Assembly: GCA_020891255.1 (NCBI GenBank)
Contig: BQFW01000008.1
Location: 620,001 to 684,000 of the forward strand
DNA length: 64,000 bases
Reading direction: 5' to 3'
DNA from: Entomortierella parvispora E1425
Taxonomy: Eukaryota > Fungi > Mortierellomycota
The notes beneath the pieces were generated by a model. It had not been told where the DNA came from, did no database searches, and was given only the letters and a program-made list of their open reading frames with translations. Shown one piece after another: positions 58,839-64,000 of the stretch; the first letter of the stretch is position 1, and every line of letters begins with the position of its first letter. The position numbers and the translations under genes are program-made.

Positions 58839-61082
58839 CTAATTGATGCGCTTGGTGTGTCCTTTCCACTCTTGTTCTCTGAGGACATACTTTTGCAGCT
58901 TGCCAGTACTCGTCTTTGGCAATTCTTTGACAATAACGATCGAAGATGGGCACTTGAATCCAGCCATACGTTCCTTGCAGAAGGCAATCAGAGCTGGGCC
59001 GTCCACGATCTTGTCCTGGCTCAATCCGGGCTTGAGGATAACGAAAGCCTTTGGCGTTTCTCCCCACTGAGCGCTTGGTACCGCCACCACCGCAACTTCC
59101 AGGACCGAAGGATGCTGTGAGATGCAAGATTCAACCTCCAGAGTCGAAATGTTTTCGCCGCCACTGATAATGATGTCCTTTTGACGATCCTGAATTCCAA
59201 TATATCCATCGGGGAATCGAACTGATGGACGTGAAAAGGTAGTAGGAAAAAAAAACGTAAGAGAGTTGGAGAAGACAGTCAGCAAAGCGCTAAAGAATAT
59301 ATGTCGGTATTCCGCCCAGGTCAAGATGTACAAACCTGCAAGATCACCACTGTGGAACCATCCACCATGGAAGGCCTTGGCAGTTGCCTCGGGGTCGTTG
59401 TGATATCCTTTCATGACCAGATTGCCTCTAAAGACGATTTCGCCGACATCCTTTCCATTCCAGGCCACATCCCGCATTTCAGTATCGACCACACGGACAT
59501 CGTCCGATACCAAATAGACATGTCCCTGTCTCGCCAAGTTTTGAGCACGTTCCTCCAAGGACAGGTTCTCAAAGCCTGGCTGAGGGTAAGACTTTGTGAT
59601 GGGTCCATAAGTCTCTGTGAGTCCATATACGTGGCAGATATCAAGGTTCAATTCCTTCATGCGGGCAATCAAAGTCGAAGTTGGAGCAGATCCCGCTACG
59701 GTGCATGTGATGGATCTTGGCATCTTGACGGCGTCTGGATGGTGCACGATTTGGATCATGATAGTTGGAGCTCCGTTCATGTGGGTGACATTCTCCGTCT
59801 TCAGAATCCTCCAAATGAGATCGTAGTCGATCTTGCGGATCATGACGTGTGTGGCTAATCAAGAATATTTGAGAAAACATGTTTAGCGAATGGTGAAAAA
59901 AAAAGACGGAAACACAGCGATGGGTCCGATTGTTTTTCCTCATTACCTGCAATGGCGGTTACGGCGTAGGGGAAGATCCAGCTGTTGGCATGGAAGAGTG
60001 GTACGAGAAACAGATGCACAGAGTCTAGGCTCAATTGTGCCTCAATGGCATTGCCCAAGGCCGAAAGATAAAGTCCGCGATAAGTGTAGAGGACCCCCTT
60101 TGGTTTTCCTGTGGTACCACTAAATTGGAGTGGAGTTGAGTGGGAATACGTCAAGGAGGCACGGCGTGGATTAGACAATCATTTCTTTTTCAATGGAGAT
60201 CAGGAAAGGCTCTTGAAAAGAGCGCCGATTTTCTGTGCTCTTCCTTACAGCAAGGGGGGGGAGACCCTGTTCTCTGATTGTGCTCGTCATTTTTTCTCAC
60301 GTTTTCGCTTGGCCTACCTTGTGTAGCAGATGGAGACCCCGTCATCCTCATTGTCCGATTGTTGCAGTCCACTCCATCCGAGAGTTTGGGCTTGTTCCAT
60401 TCCCTTGGCCAAAAACTGTTCATATGGGTCTGAAGGCAACCCCGAGTCGTCAATGACCACCTTTGGTAACTTTGAATCCTTGATTAGTGCCAGGTACTCT
60501 TGATCGCAGAGTACAGCCTTTGCGCCAGAGTGCTCGAGAATATAGGCGACCTCCGCAGGGGCCAGACGGGTGTTGATGGCGCAGATAATGGCATTGGCAC
60601 CAGGGATACCGAAATGAGCCTCGAGCAATGCGGGAATGTTGGGCGCAATGATGGCGACCCTGTCTCCTGGGCTGATCGACAGCTGAGATTTTAATGCATA
60701 CGCAAAGGCCACGGAGCGCTGATTAAGCTCCTTGTAAGTGTATCGTCTTTCTCCATGGATGACGGCGACCTTGGAAGGGTAGATGGTTGAGCTCCGTGCA
60801 AGGAAATGGACAGGATTCAACTCGGACCTGTTGGCGGCCGAAGAAGAAGGATTGACGCGGTCTTTGTATATCGGAGTAGGAATAAAAGAGTATAAGAATG
60901 CGTTTCACGATGAATGGACACGGCGCGTTCTTGTCAAAGACATGAAGAGGGATGACCGATGGAGCACAGGACTTACGAGGAGCATGAGCAAGGGAGGGAG
61001 CAGGAGCCGAGGAGGGGCCACCAATGGTGTTGGTAATGTGCTGGATGCGTTCCTTTGCAATTGTGGATGCGTTGGGAGCCAT
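58839..61082 (-). CDS. AMP-dependent acyl-CoA synthetase (AAE/acetate-butyrate CoA ligase-like), multi-exon
   Basis: LNPVHFLARS, spliced YTSGTTGKPKGV, PLFHANSW, HVYGLTETYGP, WFHSGDLA, DIIISGGENIS and LPKTSTGKLQK. Confidence 0.93.
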
Positions 61083-62718
61083 GTTGAGCCAGACAGTCAG
61101 GGTGGGAAAGAGAGTGGAGTGTGGAGAGTGGAGAGAAGAGTGGGAAAAGAGCTGACGAGCAAGAAGGAGGGGAAGGGAGGACAAGCAAGGTTGACGAGGA
61201 CACCGAGAGAAAGAGAGAAAGAGACAAGAAAGAGACAAGAAAGAGACAAAGAACGAGAGAACGAGAGACAAAGAACCTTCTGTGCCCTGTGTGCGCATGC
61301 ACCGGGCCAATCGGTCGCGCCAGCGGGGACGATCCCTCCCGTGATCTTTTCTCTTTACTCTGCGTCTTTTTGACGCGACTTGCGGTCTGGCGTCGTGTGT
61401 GTCGTGTGTGTGTCGTTATCGTGTGTGTCGGGGCGTCTGTAGCTGGTGCCATCCTGGCATTCACTGACCGTTGCTGGCTGGCACGGACTCGACCCTTGCT
61501 TGCTTGCTCGCTCCCTTCTTTGTCCCTCTTTCTCTCTTTTTCTCTTTCTGTCTCAACGGACGCGTTGTTGTTTGTTGTCACCGTTCCATTCCGGGCTAGC
61601 ATGCAGCAACCAGGGCCAGGTTGGCGCAAAGACTGGCTCACAGTTCTAACAGACACACACTGGTCGCAATGCAAAAAAAGGGAGGGAACGAACGGACAAA
61701 GGGGCGGGGACGAGGGTAACATGCAGGACAAGGGGGAGGAGACACCCAATATTGACTTGTCATCCATCCCCAAGGGGCCTCCTGTTTGACACGGCGCTGT
61801 CTGTTTGCACAGACAGAAGACAGGAAGAACTCCTTTGTTTTGCCTCTTGCCTCTCATACAAAAGCAGGAGAAGGACGCACACAACGGCCCAACGACCTGC
61901 AAAACCAACGAAACCGCGGCCAGGACCGTTCGTTCCTTCATCTCTTTCTCTTTTACCCCATTGGCAACCATCCAATCCTCCATTCCCGCCCATTGAACCT
62001 TTTTGACCAGCATTACATTCCTTTTCTCGACTTCACTCCGCCCACGCTTGTCCACGGACTACGGACTGAAAGAAAAAAGTGAGAGCCAGCAGTTCGTTCC
62101 GGTCCCTGCGGTGCCTGTCCACATCGCTGCCCAAGCTCGCCACACATTGGTCTCCTGTCCAATAATAACCCCACACACGCCCCGCCTGCAGCGTCTTTGC
62201 TTCTTTTTGCGCAACGGCCTTTTATTAAGCGTCCAGCTGTTTGATTGCCAATTTATTGGTCCAACGGGGGTTCTTCCTTCTCGTCTTTTCTTGGTTTCGA
62301 GTCTTTCAGTCTTCCTCCTCTCTCTCTTCTTCCTCTTCATCTCTAGCACTCTCTCCATCCACTCCTTCCGCTCTCCCTCCCACTCTCGCCTCTGGCTCCA
62401 CCCACCCGTCTCTCGGATCCACTCACCCTCCAGCAACGCCCACTGGCCACCGTCCTTCCTCTTGCGCTTGACCCTCCACCACAACGAGGCTTTGTCTTGA
62501 CACTGTTGTTGTGTTATCTTTGTCTGCTCTCATCCCGGCGCTTCCGTTCATTTATTACTTTTCTTTCCCTCGAGTCGTCTCCCTCGCACAAGCAATTGCA
62601 CTGACGGATCTTTTTTGGACACAGGCCTTTTCCTCCCCTGTGTCTCTTTTCTGACGTGAACGTCGAGCAAAAAGCAAGCTTCTTTTTTTTTTTCTTCCTC
62701 CTCTTTTTCTTCTTCATC

Positions 62719-63273
62719 ATGCCTTCTTCTTCCGACTACACCTCGTACTCTCCCAGTTCATCGTCGTCACTCACCATCATTGCATCACCCGCACCCTCTT
62801 ACGTCTCGACCCACCTACCCTCGAAACTCAAGGCGTTCTTCAAGTTTGGGAGCAGCGGGAGCAACAACAGCAACCGCAAGTATCTGTCCAAGGACCCGTT
62901 TGACCCCCACGCACCGCACCCGCACGACCTGTCCTCTTCCTTGCCCTCGTCTCCTCAAGTTCCGTCCCGTAACAACACCAACCGCAAGTCTGTAAGTACA
63001 ACAGCCCAGGGAAAGCATCCCATCCACGGCAACACCATGACAGGAGCACACCGAGAAAGGGGACAGATGATAGTCAGGACAGACAGGACAGACAGGACAG
63101 ACAGGACAGACAGGACAGACAGGACAGACAGGACAGAGAGACAAAAGACAGGCAGGAACAGCCAACGGCACATCGCGCAAATCGATATTGACCGCACAGT
63201 TCATCCACACGTCGGTGAAACAGACAGCGATCAGGACCCTCGCTCTCAGTTTGTTTCTCCCTTCCTTTCAAGG

Positions 63274-63304
<31 letters not shown>

Positions 63305-64000
63305 GGACTGAAGGGACAAACAGACGACCATGAGTCGCACCCGTCTGCCCATCCATCCATCTCTCTCTTCATGCAAGTCAGCACCCCCCCATCCACCCAC
63401 CCCCTCGCTCTCTTTTTTCTACTTCACTTCTGCTCCACCCCATCCCTCCATGTCAACAAACAGGCCGCATTGCCATCGCGCTACTGTCCCTGTCCCTGTC
63501 CCTGTCCCTGACCCTGACCCAGCTGTCACTGCCCGGAAAAGACGAAAAGACGGAAAATCAAACTATTAATACGTGCACACAGCGAGAAAGAAGCGAAAAG
63601 GAACAAAAAAGGCACCCACTCGGCTGATTCCTTTCTCCACCCACACCCACACCCACTCACTCGCTCACTCGCTCAGCCCATTCCCGCCCATTGTCCTTGC
63701 TCCCCTTCTCTCTCTCATTCTCTCTCTCCTTCTCTCCTTCTCTCATTCAAACAATACCACCGCCATGCAGCTACTAACCTGGTCCCTGTCTCTCGTCCCC
63801 TCCTCCGCGGAATCGACACAGTTCCTTAGACGAGCTGCCTCAACCCCTGCACTGGACGAGCCAAAGCAAAAAGGAAACAAGGGCTCAAGCGCCAACAGTC
63901 ACTTGGGAACCTATAATCCATCCTCACCCGCCGCAAGATCCAACTCGACTCTCAGCTCCACAATGACCGCCACCACAGCCACCACAGCCAACTACCTCAA
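62719..64000 (+). CDS. Unknown Ser-rich protein, 5' part only; exons 62719-62991, 63822->64000
   Basis: ATG, then a phase-0 GTAAGT donor, TACTAAC branch at about 63772 and CAG acceptor. Spliced NRKS|FLRRAASTP stays open to the window end. No domain recognised. Confidence 0.65.
63075..63137. repeat. 9-bp minisatellite (CAGGACAGA)x7 inside an intron
   Basis: Direct reading of the sequence. Confidence 0.95.

Noticed and set aside
13409-61082. Carnitine acyltransferase, SFC1 and acyl-CoA ligase as a fatty-acid/acetate utilisation cluster
   Set aside because: They are spread over about 48 kb and interleaved with unrelated genes, so co-location is probably coincidental.
60973-62055. 360-aa and 222-aa ORFs in the divergent spacer upstream of the acyl-CoA ligase
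   Set aside because: They arise from stop-poor GA/CT tracts and microsatellites, with no domain features.

Overview
Eukaryotic (fungal) genomic DNA with about 50% GC, spliceosomal introns with CTAAC/CTGAC branch points, and many A/T homopolymers and microsatellites. Gene content and intron style are most consistent with a Mortierellaceae-type (Mucoromycota) fungus; this is an inference, no taxonomy search was run. I reconstructed about 27 protein-coding genes, many by hand-splicing. In order: RGS-domain protein (partial), Pho80/Pcl-type cyclin with a fragmented cyclin box, Tau/MAP2-like repeat protein, QTRT2, a secreted Cys/acidic protein, carnitine acyltransferase, a hAT-transposase-derived gene, two small secreted 8-Cys (Opy2-like) peptide genes, HECT E3 ligase, NADP-dependent oxidoreductase, OPT transporter, two PNPOx-like FMN-binding proteins, a secreted ferritin-like protein, a GT31-like/GT34 glycosyltransferase, F-box protein, DUF4286-like protein, O-fucosyltransferase-like protein, a large VWA protein, SFC1, PITH protein, RPL15, an AMP-dependent acyl-CoA ligase, and a partial unknown gene. 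No tRNA, rRNA, CRISPR array or intact mobile element was recognised. The most notable items are three. (1) A fungal protein with three dispersed Tau/MAP2-type microtubule-binding segments (KVGS motifs), whose last repeat is completed only by splicing. (2) A mini-cluster of free, secreted Opy2-like 8-Cys peptide genes, one invisible in the ORF track and one built by a recent intron+exon tandem duplication; both share an upstream 15-nt motif. (3) An adjacent intact but apparently catalytically dead (domesticated) hAT transposase gene.
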